Below the pieces are notes generated by a model. That model did no database searches. It worked only from the letters and a program-made list of their open reading frames with translations, and was not told the origin of the DNA. This document shows positions 1-10,519 of a stretch of 64,000 bases of DNA, one piece after another. How positions within the stretch are numbered: position 1 is the stretch's first letter; every line of letters begins with the position of its first letter. The position numbers were made by a program, and so were the translations under genes. The DNA lies in contig CAWGOM010000002.1 of NCBI GenBank assembly GCA_963824165.1, positions 355,606 through 419,605 of the forward strand. The letters are read 5' to 3'. This DNA is from an uncultured Acidobacteriota bacterium. GTDB taxonomy: Bacteria > Acidobacteriota > Thermoanaerobaculia > UBA5066 > Gp7-AA6.

Positions 1-293
1 TCTCCGGCATTCCCTCGACGGTCAGGTTCTCGCCGAACTGGCCGGGCGGCAGCTCCCTCCCGAGCGCCTCGCGCCAGTGGGCGTAGCCCGATGCGTCATA
101 GGCGTAGACGGCCTTCTCCGGCCCGCCGTGGACGCGCAGGTCCGCCTGGCTGTCGCCCTCGAGGCCGAGCCGGCCGACGGCGACGCGGAAGAGGACGGGG
201 TCTTTGTAGATCGCCGTACGCACCGAGCGCCCTCCGTGCTCGATGCTCCGCGACGGGCCGACCTGGACGGAGAGGATGTGCATGCGTCCCGAA
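1..293 (-). CDS. MOSC domain protein (YiiM-like), N-terminal part; the gene continues beyond the window start
   Basis: The reverse-strand frame starting at ATG 293 reads MHILSVQVGPSRSIEHGGRSVRTAIYKDPV...GDSQADLRVHGGPEKAVYAYDASGYAHWREALGRELPPGQFGENLTVEGMPE, the MOSC beta-barrel signature. There is no stop before the window edge. Confidence 0.6.
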
Positions 294-299
294 ACACTA

Positions 300-400
300 A
301 CCTCTGTAATTAGATTGCAGAGGTTACACGAATCGGACTTGGACCTCCACGCACCAGAAGGCTTGATTCTGTAAATAAATTAGTAGTAAGTTATTTATGT
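300..400. promoter_or_regulatory. AT-rich divergent promoter/operator island between the MOSC gene and the TetR gene
   Basis: A sharp AT-rich island in a 70% GC background. It holds the inverted repeats CCTCTG-N11-CAGAGG (301-322) and AAATAA-N12-TTATTT (about 374-397) immediately upstream of the TetR start, which makes it a likely TetR operator. Confidence 0.4.
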
Positions 401-1042
401 ATGGGACGGACGGCGCGGGTGTCGCGGGAGCAGGTGCTGGCGGCGGCGCGCGAAACGTTCGTCGAGCGCGGCTTCGAAGGCGCCACGCTCGCCGGAATCG
501 GCGCAAAGCTCTCGGTGTCGCCCGCGGCGCTGCTGCGTCACGCGCCGAACAAGCGGGCGCTCTTCATCGCCTCCATGGGCGGCGGGGACGAACCGGACAT
601 GGCGCCGCTGGCGTTTCTCGAGGAGCTCGACGGGTCGGAGGACCCGCGCGCCGTCCTGCGCCGCGTGGCCGAGACGATGGTGCCCTTCCTCGAGGCGCGG
701 ATCCGCCAGATCGTCGCGCGCTGGGTCTACTTCAAGACGCTCCCGGGAATCGGGCGCCTCCCGCTGCCCTTCGACCCGGAGGCCCGACCCACGCCGCCGC
801 AGAGGAACCTCCGGTTCCTGGAGGACTACGTCCGCCGGGCGCGCCGGCACGGTCGCCTCGACGTTTCGAACCCGCGGGCGGCCGCCTTCGCGTTCTTCGC
901 GACGGTGCACTCCTTCGTTTTTCTGCAGCACGTCGTCGAGGCGCTGGAGACGCCGATGCCCCTCGACGAGTACCTCGACACCGTTCTCGACGTCTGGACG
1001 CGAGGCGCGGTCGCGCCCGCCGCCCCGAGGAGGAAGCGATGA
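401..1042 (+). CDS. TetR/AcrR family transcriptional regulator
   Basis: 213 aa with an N-terminal HTH (REQVLAAARETFVERGFEGATLAGIGAKLSVSPAALLRHAPNKRALF). Intact ORF whose stop overlaps the downstream efflux gene start. Confidence 0.85.
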   Translation: MGRTARVSREQVLAAARETFVERGFEGATLAGIGAKLSVSPAALLRHAPNKRALFIASMGGGDEPDMAPLAFLEELDGSEDPRAVLRRVAETMVPFLEARIRQIVARWVYFKTLPGIGRLPLPFDPEARPTPPQRNLRFLEDYVRRARRHGRLDVSNPRAAAFAFFATVHSFVFLQHVVEALETPMPLDEYLDTVLDVWTRGAVAPAAPRRKR

Positions 1043-2622
1043 AGCGAGCCGCCGTGGCCCTTGCGTTGGTCCTGGCCGCCGCCGCGGCTCCGGCCGCGGA
1101 GCGGGAGATCTCGCTCGCCGAGTCGATCGACCGGGCGCTCGACAGGAACCATGACATCGCCGTCCAGCGCGAGGCCGTCGACGTGGCCGCGGCCGACCTG
1201 CAGCGCGCCGACGGGAGCTACGACCCCGAGTTCCGCCTGGACTTCCTCTGGCAGGAGCAGACGGAAGCCGTCAACTTCATCTTCTCGGGGGCCCCGCCGG
1301 GGTCAGTGGGCCCGACCTCGAACGGCGTGCTCGGCCAGGCCGCCATCACGGAGCTTCTCCCGACGGGCGGCACGGTCACCCTCGGCACCTCGATCGGGCG
1401 TGCCACGACGGACAACATCTTCACGCTGCTGACGCCCGCCTACACGACCTTCGTCGGGATCGACCTGCGGCAGCCGCTCCTGCAGAACCGCGAGATCGAC
1501 CCGCAGCGCCGGCTCATCCGGCTGGCGGGCCTCGAGCACGACCGGTCGAAGGCGCAGCTCCAGGCCGTCGTGGCCGACACGGTCGCGGCGGTCGAGCGCG
1601 CCTACTGGACCCTCTCCGCGGCGATCTCCGACGTCGCGGTCCGCGAGGAATCCGTGCGCCTCGCGCAGGTGCAGGAGTCCGAGACGCGGACCCGCATCGA
1701 GGCCGGGGTCCTGTCCGAGTCCGACCTCGCCTTTCCGCAGGCGGAAGTCGAGCGTCGCCGGGTCGACCTCTACGTGGCGCGCGAGTCCGCGCAGCGCGCC
1801 GCCCTCGATCTGAAGAACCTCATGCTCGACGACCCGGCCGACCCGCTCTGGGACGAGACGCTGCGGCCGAGCGATCCGGCCGAGACGGCGATCGTGCCGC
1901 TCGACGTTCCCGCCGGCCTCGCGGAGGCGCCCGGCCGGAGGCCCGAGGTGGCCGAGGCGGAGGCTTCGCTCGCCCGGCGCGACGTCGACAGCGAGGCCGC
2001 GAAGAACCGGGTCCTCCCGCGCCTCGACCTCGTGGCCTCCTACGGCCGGTACGGCCTGGCGGGCACGCAGAACCCGAATCTGGCGACGATTCCCAGCTTC
2101 CCGGTGACGCTTCCGCCCGAGGTGATCGGCGGGATCGGCCGGTCCTACGGGACGATCGGGGAGAACGCGTTCCCGGACGCCACGGTCGGGTTCACGTTCG
2201 GGCTGCCGATCGGCAACCGCTCGGCGCAGGCGGACGCGGCCGCGGCGGACGCGGAACGCCGGCAGGCGGCGATTCTCCTCGCCCGGCAGAAACAGCGGAT
2301 CGGCGTCGAGGTGCGGACGGCGGCTCTGGCCGTCGAGGCCGCGGCCCAGTCGATCGAGGCGGCCCGGGCGGGGCGGCGCGCGGCGCGCACCCAGCTCGAG
2401 GCCGAGAACGTCCGCTTCGCGGCCGGCCTGACGTCCAACTTCTTCGTCCTGACGCGCCAGAACGAGCTGGCGCAGGCGGCCCGCACCGAGACGGCCGCGC
2501 TCACGGGCTACCGCCGGGCGCTCGCCGACTACGCGCGCGCCTGCGGAACGCTGCTCGCGCAGCACCACATCCAGTTCGACGACGACGGGCCGTCCGTCGC
2601 GGCCGCGGGAGGTTCCCGATGA
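1039..2622 (+). CDS. TolC-like outer membrane efflux protein
   Basis: The ATG at 1039 overlaps the TetR stop. Signal peptide MKRAAVALALVLAAAAAPA, then repeated coiled-coil/beta-barrel halves typical of outer membrane factor proteins. The listed ORF 397..2622 is the same frame with a spurious N-terminal extension. Confidence 0.8.
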   Translation: MKRAAVALALVLAAAAAPAAEREISLAESIDRALDRNHDIAVQREAVDVAAADLQRADGSYDPEFRLDFLWQEQTEAVNFIFSGAPPGSVGPTSNGVLGQAAITELLPTGGTVTLGTSIGRATTDNIFTLLTPAYTTFVGIDLRQPLLQNREIDPQRRLIRLAGLEHDRSKAQLQAVVADTVAAVERAYWTLSAAISDVAVREESVRLAQVQESETRTRIEAGVLSESDLAFPQAEVERRRVDLYVARESAQRAALDLKNLMLDDPADPLWDETLRPSDPAETAIVPLDVPAGLAEAPGRRPEVAEAEASLARRDVDSEAAKNRVLPRLDLVASYGRYGLAGTQNPNLATIPSFPVTLPPEVIGGIGRSYGTIGENAFPDATVGFTFGLPIGNRSAQADAAAADAERRQAAILLARQKQRIGVEVRTAALAVEAAAQSIEAARAGRRAARTQLEAENVRFAAGLTSNFFVLTRQNELAQAARTETAALTGYRRALADYARACGTLLAQHHIQFDDDGPSVAAAGGSR

Positions 2623-3610
2623 GACTCCTCCGATCGTTCGCTTCCGGCCGCCGGCCTCGCCGTCGTGCTCGCGGCGTGCCGGGCCAAGACGACGGGACGA
2701 TCGTCCATTTGAACGGCCGCATCGAGGCCCCGGTCGTGGATCTCGCGCCGAAGGTCGCCGGGCGCGTCGTCGAGGTTCAGGTCCGCGAGGGAGACCGCGT
2801 GAAGGCGGGCGACCTGCTCGTCCGGCTCGACCTCGGCGAAACGGCGCTCTCCGTCGAGCGGGACCGCGACGCCCTCGGCTCGGCCGAGGCGCGCCTCGAG
2901 GACCTCGCAGGCCGGCAGCCGCAGCCCGGAGATCGCGTCCGCCGAGGCCGACGTCGCCGACAGGCGCGCGGCCGTCGACCTCGCCCGGAAGGAGCTCGCG
3001 CGGCAGGAACCGCTCATGGCGAAGAAGGTCGGCATCCCGCGCGACCTCGACCGCGCGAAGACCGAGCTCGAGCGCGCGCAGGCGGCGCCAGAAGGCGAGC
3101 GAGGAGCGGCTCGCGCTCGCCCGCGAGGGCTCCCGCCGCTACCAGACGGAGCAGGCCCGCTCCGACGTGAGGCCGCGCGCAGATCCGTCGTCGAAACAGT
3201 CCGAGACCGTCGCGCGCGAAGCCGAGATCCGCGCCCCGGCCGACGGCGTCGTCCTCCACCGGATGGCCGAGCCGGGCCTCCTGCTCGGCGGCCGGGCAGC
3301 CCGCCCTGACGATGGCCTTCGCCGGACAGGCTCTACGTGCGCACGTTCGTCCCCGAGACGAAGCTCGGCCGCGTGAAGCAGGGCAATGCGCCGCGCAGGT
3401 CTCGCGTCGACTCGTTCCCCGGGAAGCTCTTCCCGGCTCACGTCACGGAGATCTCTCCCGACGCCGAGTTCACGCCGAAGCCGGTCGAGACGCGCGAGGA
3501 GCGCGTGAACCTCGTCTACGCCGCGAAGGTCGACCTCGACGCCGGCTGGGCCGAGCCGCTCGTCCCCGGCCAGCCCGCGGAGGTGACGATCACGGGAGGC
3601 GCGGCGAGCC
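2619..3610 (+). CDS. HlyD-family membrane fusion protein (frameshifted)
   Basis: VVDLAPKVAGRVVEVQVREGDRVKAGDLLVRLD is the biotinyl/lipoyl-like hybrid motif. The protein continues in other frames (LDRAKTELERAQ..., EAEIRAPADGVVLHRMAEPG..., RTFVPETKLGRVKQG...PGQPAEVTI). There are at least three frame changes and the end is approximate. Confidence 0.6.
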
Positions 3611-3639
3611 CGGCCGGAGTCGACGAAGCCGCGCGCCGT

Positions 3640-4568
3640 CCCCTCGGCGTCGCTGCGCTGAGGGCCGCCGTGATCGAAGCGCGCGGCCTCGTGAAGAGCT
3701 TCGGGGCGCACCCCGCGCTCCGCGGCGTCGACCTCGACGTCGCGCCGAGGCGAGCTCTTCGCCCTCATCGGCCCCGACGGCGCCGGCAAGACGACGTTCT
3801 TCCGCCTCGTGGCCGGGCTCATCACCCCGACGTCGGGGACGGTCCGCCGCGACCCGGCGGCGACCTTCGGCTTCGTCCCGCAGCGCTTCTCCCTCTACGA
3901 GGACCTCACGGTCGACGAGAACCTCGACCTGCGCGCCCGGCTCTACTCGGTGCCCGACCGCCGAGGCCCGCCGCGCGCTCCGCGGAGCTCCTCGAGCGCG
4001 TCGGGCTCGAGCCCGTACGGCGCGCCGCCTCGCGGGCGCGCTCTCCGGCGGGATGAAGCAGAAGCTCGCGCTCGTCTCCGCCCTCCTCACCCGGCCCGCC
4101 GCTCCTCCTCCTCGACGAGCCGACGACCGGGGTCGACCCTGTGTCGCGCCGGGAGTTCTGGCAGGTCCTGAGCGAGCTCCACCACGGGGGCTCACGATCC
4201 TCGTCTCGACGCCCTACATGGACGAGGCCGAGTACGCGACCCGCCTCGCGTTCCTCGACGAGGGGCGCCTCCTCGCCCCCGGCACGCGCGACGAGATCCT
4301 CGCCGCGTATCCCCGGCCGCTCCTGGAGGTCCTCTCCTCCGACCGGGTCGCCGTGCGCGGCGCGCCTCCCGACGCTGCCCGGCCGTCGACGACATCTCTC
4401 TCTTCGGGACCCGCCTCCACGTCCGGGGCGCGGAGGGGTCCGGGCCCGGGCTCATCGACGCCGTTCGCGCGGCGCTCGCGGGCCTCGTCCCGCCCGACGG
4501 CGTGAGTCCGGTCGACCCCACCCTCGAGGACGTCTTCGTCCTCGCGGCCGAAGGCGACGAGGTCGCGT
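3640..4568 (+). CDS. ABC transporter ATP-binding protein (frameshifted)
   Basis: Walker A GPDGAGKTTFFRLVAGL, signature LSGGMKQKLALVSAL, H-loop region LTILVSTPYMDEAEY and C-terminal LEDVFVLAAEGDEVA, spread over three frames. A TGA stop at 4566-4568 is followed by ATG 4578. Confidence 0.6.
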
Positions 4569-4577
4569 GAAGGCGGC

Positions 4578-5557
4578 ATGACGCGCCGCCCCGGTCTCCG
4601 CCCGAACGTCTTCCTCCAGGCGCGAGGGGCTCGCGCGGCAGCTTCGGCGACGTTCATCGGCCGTCGACGGCGTCAGCTTCGACATCCCGCGCGGGAAGGT
4701 GTTCGGCTTCCTCGGGCCCGAACGGCTCGGGCAAGTCGACCACGATCCGGATGCTCACCGGCCTCCTCGTTCCCACCGACGGGACCGGCGACGGCGTTCG
4801 GCGGCCTCGACGTGCGCCGCGACACCGAGAGGTGGAAGAGGCGGCTCGGCTACATGAGCCAGAAGTTCTCGCTCTACCTCGACCTGACCGTCGGGAGAAC
4901 CTGCGAGTTCTTCGGCTACGGTCTACGGCCTCGGGAACCCGCGCTCAGGGACCGGATCGACAGCCTCGCGGCACGCCTGCACTTCACGAGGTCCTCCGGC
5001 CGAGATCGACCGAGTCGCCTCTCGACGGGCATGCGCCAGCGCGTCGCGCTCGCCGCGGCGCTCCTCCACGAGCCGGAGCTCCTCTTCCTGGACGAGCCGA
5101 CGGGCGGCGTCGACCCGAAGGGCCGGCGCCTCTTCTGGGACCTGATCTACGAGCTCGCCGCCGAGCGCGGCATGACCGTCCTCGTGACGACGCACTACAT
5201 GGACGAGGCCGAGCAGTGCGACACGGCTCGCCTTCATCCTCGAAGGGAACGCTGATCGCCGAGGGCACGCCCGCACGATCTGAAGGCGATCTCTGGACGA
5301 CCGTCTCCTCGAGGTCCCGCCGGCGCCGACCCGTTCGCGCGCTCTCGCGCGGCTCCGGCGCGAGGACGCCTCTCGAGGACGCCTACCTCTTGGGCGTGCG
5401 CCTGCGCGCCGTCGGCCGACCCGGGCGGACGGCCGAGGCCCGGGCGCTCCTCGCCCCGTTCGGGACCGCCACGCGACGCCGAGCCCTCGCTCGAGGACGT
5501 CTTCGTGTCGCTCGCCCCGCGAGCCGCGCCGCGAAGAAAGAGAAGGTGGCCGCGTGA
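4578..5557 (+). CDS. ABC transporter ATP-binding protein, second copy (frameshifted)
   Basis: [32 protein letters not shown] (Walker A), LSTGMRQRVALAAALLHEPELLFLDEPTGGVDP (signature/Walker B) and GMTVLVTTHYMDEAEQCD are in different frames. The stop overlaps the permease GTG start. Confidence 0.6.
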
Positions 5558-6694
5558 AGAGGCTCCTCGCCCTGACCCGCAAGGAGTTCCTCCAGCTGCG
5601 CGCGCGACACGATCTACGTCCGGATGATCGTGATGGTCCCGATCATGCAGACGATGATCTTCGGCTACGCGATCAACTACGACGTCAAGCACCTGAAGAC
5701 GGTCGTCCTCGACGAGGCCACTCCTTCGAGAGCCGCGAGCTCGTCGCGAAGATGACGGCGAGCGAGTACTTCGGGTCGTCGGCCACGTCGTCGTCCTCGC
5801 CGAGCTGCGGCGGGAGCTCGACGCGGGCCACGCCTCGGTCGGCCTCGTCATCGACCGCGACTACGGCAAGGACGCCGCACCGCGGCACTCCGGCGCACGC
5901 GCTCCTCATCGTCAACGCCTCCGACACGACGACGTCGAGCCAGGCGATGTCGATCGCGGGCGGCGATCTCGAACGAGCTCTCCGATCCGCGTACTCTCGC
6001 GACGCGGGCCGGCTGGAAGCGGCAGGCTCTCTGCCCGTCGACCTGCGCGTCCGGCCCTGGTACAACCCCGACCTGAGGACGGCGACGTTCATCATCCCGG
6101 GCCTGATCGCGATCATCCTCACGTTCACGCTCATCCAGTTCACGGCGATGGCGATCGTGCGCGAGCGCGAGCGGGGCACGCTCGAGCAGCTCCAGGTCAC
6201 GCCCGCGACCCGCGTCGAGATCATCCTCGGGAAGATCCTCCCGTTCTCCGTCATCGGCTATCTTCCAGCTGACGCTGATCGGTCGTCCTGATGCGGTTCC
6301 TCTTCGGCGATCGTCGATCCCGGGAGCGTCGTCGAGCTCTACCTCGTCGGGTCTCGTCTTCATCGCCGCCGTGCTCGGGCTCGGGATGCTCATCTCGACC
6401 GATCGCGAAGACGCAGATGCAGGCGATGCAGATGTCGTTCTTCTTCCTGCTGCCGTTCGTCTTCCTCTCGGGCTACGTCTTCCCGATCGACGGCATGCCG
6501 CAGATCTTCCAGCTGCTGTCACGCTACTGATCCCGGCGCGCTACTTCATCGAGGTGCTCCGCGGCATCGTCCTGCGCGGCGCGAGCCTCGCGGAGCTCTG
6601 GCAGCCGGTCGGCTGGCTGACGCTCTACACCGTTCTCATCATCGGGGCGCCGTCGCCCGCTTCAAGAAGACGACCGCGTAGCCGGGAGCGCTAG
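5554..6694 (+). CDS. ABC-2 type transporter permease (frameshifted)
   Basis: MKRLLALTRKEFLQLR at the N-terminus. TM segments TATFIIPGLIAIILTFTLIQFTAMAIVRERERGTLEQLQVTP, then MQMSFFFLLPFVFLSGYVFPIDGMPQIFQ and LIPARYFIEVLRGIVLRGASLAELWQPVGWLTLYTV lie in shifted frames. Confidence 0.6.
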
Positions 6695-7059
6695 CGGACG
6701 GAGACCGCGATGCCGTTCTCGAAGACCACGGTCTTGCCGACGCTCCGGTAGGTCCAGGTCTCGCGGGCGACGCCGGAGCCGGTGGTCTCGCTCGAGACGT
6801 CGTCCGGGGCGCCGAGCAGCGCACGCACCTGGTCGGGCGTCATGTTCTCGGAGACGGAGCCGGTCGAAGGGGCGTCGGCCTCGCGCCCGACCGCTTCGCC
6901 GGCGGACGTGCGGGCGTCGCTCGCCGCCGCGGCGGAGCGGGCACGGTCGATCGGCGAGCCGCGCGGCTCCGCGGGCGTCGAGCGCCCGAGGAGACCCTGC
7001 GTCTTCACGAGGTACGCGGCGATGCCCGCGGCCAGCAGGAACAGGAACAGTCTCTTCAT
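6691..7059 (-). CDS. small secreted protein with a BamE/SmpA-OmlA-like C-terminal domain
   Basis: Intact 122-aa ORF with signal peptide MKRLFLFLLAAGIAAYL. The C-terminal MTPDQVRALLGAPDDVSSETTGSGVARETWTYRSVGKTVVFENGIAVSV shares a motif with the protein at 45652..46041. Confidence 0.55.
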   Translation of the reverse strand: MKRLFLFLLAAGIAAYLVKTQGLLGRSTPAEPRGSPIDRARSAAAASDARTSAGEAVGREADAPSTGSVSENMTPDQVRALLGAPDDVSSETTGSGVARETWTYRSVGKTVVFENGIAVSVR

Positions 7060-7109
7060 GATGCCTCGATGATACGCGCCCGCCGGCGCGCGACGGTAGA
7101 CTGCGGCCG

Positions 7110-7691
7110 ATGAGCTATTGCCGCGCGGCGAAGGGGCATCCGTTCCACGGCCCTTACCACGACCGGGAGTACGGCTTTCCCGTGCGTTCCGAGGCGGCGC
7201 TGCTCGAGCGCCTCGCCCTCGAAATCAATCAGGCCGGCCTTTCCTGGCTGACGATGCTCGTCAAGCGCGAGAACTTTCGCCGCGCCTTCGCGGGGTTCGA
7301 TCCGGAGAGGGTCGCGGCCTTCGGTGCGCGGGAGCGCCGGCGGCTGCTCGCCGACGCCGGCATCATCCGCAACCGGCTGAAAGTCGCGGCGGTGATCGAA
7401 AACGCCCGGCGTCTCCTCGCGATCCGGGAGACCCACGGTTCCTTCGCGAAGTGGCTCGACGCGCATCACCCGCGGACGGCGAAGGAGTGGGAGAAGCTCT
7501 TCCGGAAGACCTTCGTCTTCACCGGCGGCGAGATCGTGAAGTCTTTTCTCCTGAGCACGGGGTACCTGCGCGGCGCCCACGTGCCGAGCTGTCCGATCTA
7601 CGCCAGGGTGGCGAAGAGGAGTCCGGCGTGGAGCCGGAAGAGTCGGGCGGGGACGAGCCCCGCCCCTACTTCACGGGCCCGAAGGCCTTGA
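7110..7691 (+). CDS. tag: DNA-3-methyladenine glycosylase I
   Basis: HDREYGFPV...LERLALEINQAGLSWLTMLVKRENFRRAF...IIRNRLKVAAVIENAR...WEKLFRKTFVFTGGEIVKSFLLSTGYLRGAHVPSCPIY is the Tag family signature including the C-terminal zinc-binding region. The extreme C-terminal tail may be frameshifted. Confidence 0.8.
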   Translation: MSYCRAAKGHPFHGPYHDREYGFPVRSEAALLERLALEINQAGLSWLTMLVKRENFRRAFAGFDPERVAAFGARERRRLLADAGIIRNRLKVAAVIENARRLLAIRETHGSFAKWLDAHHPRTAKEWEKLFRKTFVFTGGEIVKSFLLSTGYLRGAHVPSCPIYARVAKRSPAWSRKSRAGTSPAPTSRARRP

Positions 7692-9049
7692 CCTGCTCCT
7701 CGATGACCTTCCGGTCGCCGACGACGACGATCGTGGCCTTGTCGTCCTGGAGGTACTTCTTCGCCATCTCCTGCACTTGCGCCGGCGTCACGGCATAGAC
7801 GCGCGCGACGTAGCCGTTCAGGTAGTCGGCCGGCAGGCCGTGCAGGTCGACGAACTCGAGCTGGCCCGTGATCCCGCCGCGCGAGGAGTTCTGGAGGACG
7901 AAGACGCCGACCCGGTAGTTCTGGAACGCCTTGAGCTCCGTCTCCGAGGGCGGCTCGGCCTGCAGCCGGTCGATCTCGCCGAGGATCTCCTTGAGGGCCG
8001 GGCCGGTCACGTTGGTCGTGACGTCGGCGATCTCGATCCAGTACGCGTCGCGGTAGCGGCTGGAGAGTTGCCCCTGCGGCGAGTAGGTGTAGCCCTTCTG
8101 CTCGCGGATGTTCGACGTGATGCGCGAGGAGAAGGAGCCGCCGAGGAGCACGTTCATGAGGAAGAGGCGGTCCCAGTCGGGGTTGGACGGGTCGATGATC
8201 GGCATCCCGACGTTGATGCGTCGACTGCACGGCGCCCGGCCGGTCGATCAGGTAGACCGCGCGCTCGGCTCGAGGACTTCGGCTTGGACGTGTTGGGCGC
8301 CGGGCCGCGCTTCCAGCCGGCAAACGCCTTCCGGATCGCGGCCTCGACCGTGGCCGCGTCGAAGCGGCCGACGACGTAGATGCGCGACCGAGCAGCGCCG
8401 AAGTTGCGCCCGTAGAAGTCCTTGACCTGCGCGATCGTGTAGCCCTGGAGCATCGCCTCGGTCGGGAAGACGCGCCCGTACGGCTGGTCGCCGTAGAGCA
8501 CCGCGCGGAACTTCTCCTGGGCGAGCGGCTGCGGCTGGCTCTTCGCGATGGAGAGCTGCCGCGACCGGTCGGCCTTCAGGCGCTCGAGCTCCGCCTCGGG
8601 GAACTTCGGATGCTGCGCGACGTCGGCGACGAGCGCGACCATTTCGGGGGCGAACTCGGAGAGGACGTCGCCGCCGATGTCGATGCGGTTCGTCGCCGAC
8701 GGCGATCTCGAGCGCGCCGCCCATCCGCGCCGCGTCCTCGGCGATCTTCGAAGCGCTCCGGGTGGCGGTGCCTTCGCGTGAGCATGTCGCCCATCAGGTC
8801 GCGCGAGCCAGACCTCGTTCGCCTTCTCGTCGCCGTTGCCGGCAGGCACGGCCAGGTTCACGGAGACCTTGGGGATGGTGCCGTACTGCACGAAGGTGAC
8901 GCCGAGGCCGTTCTCGAGCGTGAACTGGTCGGCTTCGGGACCGAGAAGTCCCTGGGCGTCGCGGGCGCGGGCGGGGCCTGCTTGTCGGCGAGAAGCGCCG
9001 GGCGCGGCGAGGAGCGGCGAGAGAACGCGGCGGCGGTGATCTTCTTCAT
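7666..9049 (-). CDS. M16 family peptidase, second of a tandem pair (secreted, frameshifted)
   Basis: N-terminal MKKITAAAF... signal region, a middle segment QYGTIPKVSVNLAVPAGNG...ELERLKADRSRQLSIAKSQPQ...YTIAQVKDFYGRNF, and an intact C-terminal domain (7666..8205) NPDWDRLFLMNVLLGGSFSSRITSNIREQKGYTY... Confidence 0.6.
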
Positions 9050-9054
9050 GGTCG

Positions 9055-10470
9055 TCTCCTACGAGCCCTGCTTGACCATCGGCCTTCGGCTCGAGGCACG
9101 AGGATCGTGCGGTTGGTCGGCCGCAGGTACTCCTGCGCCGTCTTCTGCATGAGGGCGGGCGTCACCTTGCTCGAACTCCGCCTCGATCCGGTTGATCTTC
9201 CCCGGATCGTCGTCGAAGAGGGCGAAGGAGGCGAGCAGGTCCGCCTTGCCGAAGCCGACGAGTCTGCTCCATCTTGTCGTAGAGCTACGACCGGACCTTC
9301 ACGAGGGCCCGGTCGAGCGTCGCCTGGTCGACCGGCGTCGTCTGGAGCTTCTCGATCTCGACGTCGAACACCTTCAGGATCTGGTCCGAGGTCTTGTCTT
9401 GTCGTGGAAGAGCGAGACGTCCCAGAGCGTCGGCCCGTTGATGTTGAACATGTCGCCGAGGTCGGAGTTGATGCCGCCCTCGACTTCGTCGGTCAGGCCG
9501 CTCTGCTGGACGAGGGCCTGGTAGAGGCGGCTGTCCTTGCCCTGCACGAGGATCTGGTCGAGCAGCCCCATCGCGTAGTACTCGGGGGTGTTGCGCTGCG
9601 GCGTGTGGTACCCGACGGCGAGGGCGGGCCGCGTGGCGAGCTTGTCCTCCTTGGTGACCCGCTTTCTCCTTCTCCTGGCGCGGCTCGGAGATGTCGGCCT
9701 TCGGCGGGCAGCGGCGAGGCCGGGATCGGGCCGAAGTACTTCTCGATCCACGCCATCGTCTGCGCCGGGTCGAAGTCGCCGACCACGACGAGCACGGCGT
9801 TGTTGGGCGCGTAGAAGGTCTTGAAGAAGCTCGCGACGTCCTCGAGGGTCGCGGCGTCGAGGTCCGCCAGGTCGCCGTAGAAGTTGTGGGCGTTGTACCA
9901 GTTCGTGTTGGCGTACTGCGGCATGTCGAGCCACGGGAATCCGCCGTAGGGCTGGTTCAGCACGTTGACCTTGACCTCGTTCTTGACGACCTCCTGCTGG
10001 TTCTTGAGGTTGTCGGCCGTGATGGCGAGGCCCTTCATCCGGTCGGCCTCGGCCCAGAGGACGGTCTCGAGCGTGTGCGCGGGGACGACCTCGAAGTAGT
10101 TGGTGAAGTCGAAGCGCGTCGAGCCGTTCAGGACGCCGCCGTTCGACTGGACGAGCTTGATGAACTCCATCTTGCCGAGGTTCTCCGAGCCCTGGAACAT
10201 CAGGTGCTCGAAGAGATGGGCGAAGCCGGTTCGGTCCTTCGGCTCGATGCGGAAGCCGATGTTGTAGTAGACGGCCACGACCGCGGTCGGGCGCCGTGGT
10301 GTCGCGCGACAGGACGACCTTCAGGCCGTTCGGCGAGCTTGTGAGTACTCGACCGGGACCTGGAAGTCCGCCGCGGGGGAGGCGGCGAGCGCCGTTGCCG
10401 CGGCCAGCGCGACGGCGCAAACGAGCGCGCTCAGGGCGGCCCGGACACGGGGGCGCGAAGCGAGATTCAT
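9055..10470 (-). CDS. M16 family zinc peptidase with the HxxEH active-site motif (secreted, frameshifted)
   Basis: The start at 10470 is preceded by a GGAGG RBS. FAHLFEHLMFQGSENL (inverted zinc motif HxxEH)...NGSTRFDFTNYF. The C-terminal domain (VGYHTPQRNTPEYYAMGLLDQILVQG...) is in a second frame. Confidence 0.65.
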
Positions 10471-10519
10471 GTCATCCTCCTCGATTCCGACGGCAGAACT
10501 TACGTCATAAACGAGGTGA

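Noticed and set aside
3640-5557. A single fused YbhF-like double ATPase
   Set aside because: A TGA at 4566-4568 ends a typical ATPase C-terminus (LEDVFVLAAEGDEVA), and ATG 4578 with a short RBS starts the second. These are therefore called as two genes, although frameshifts make this less certain.
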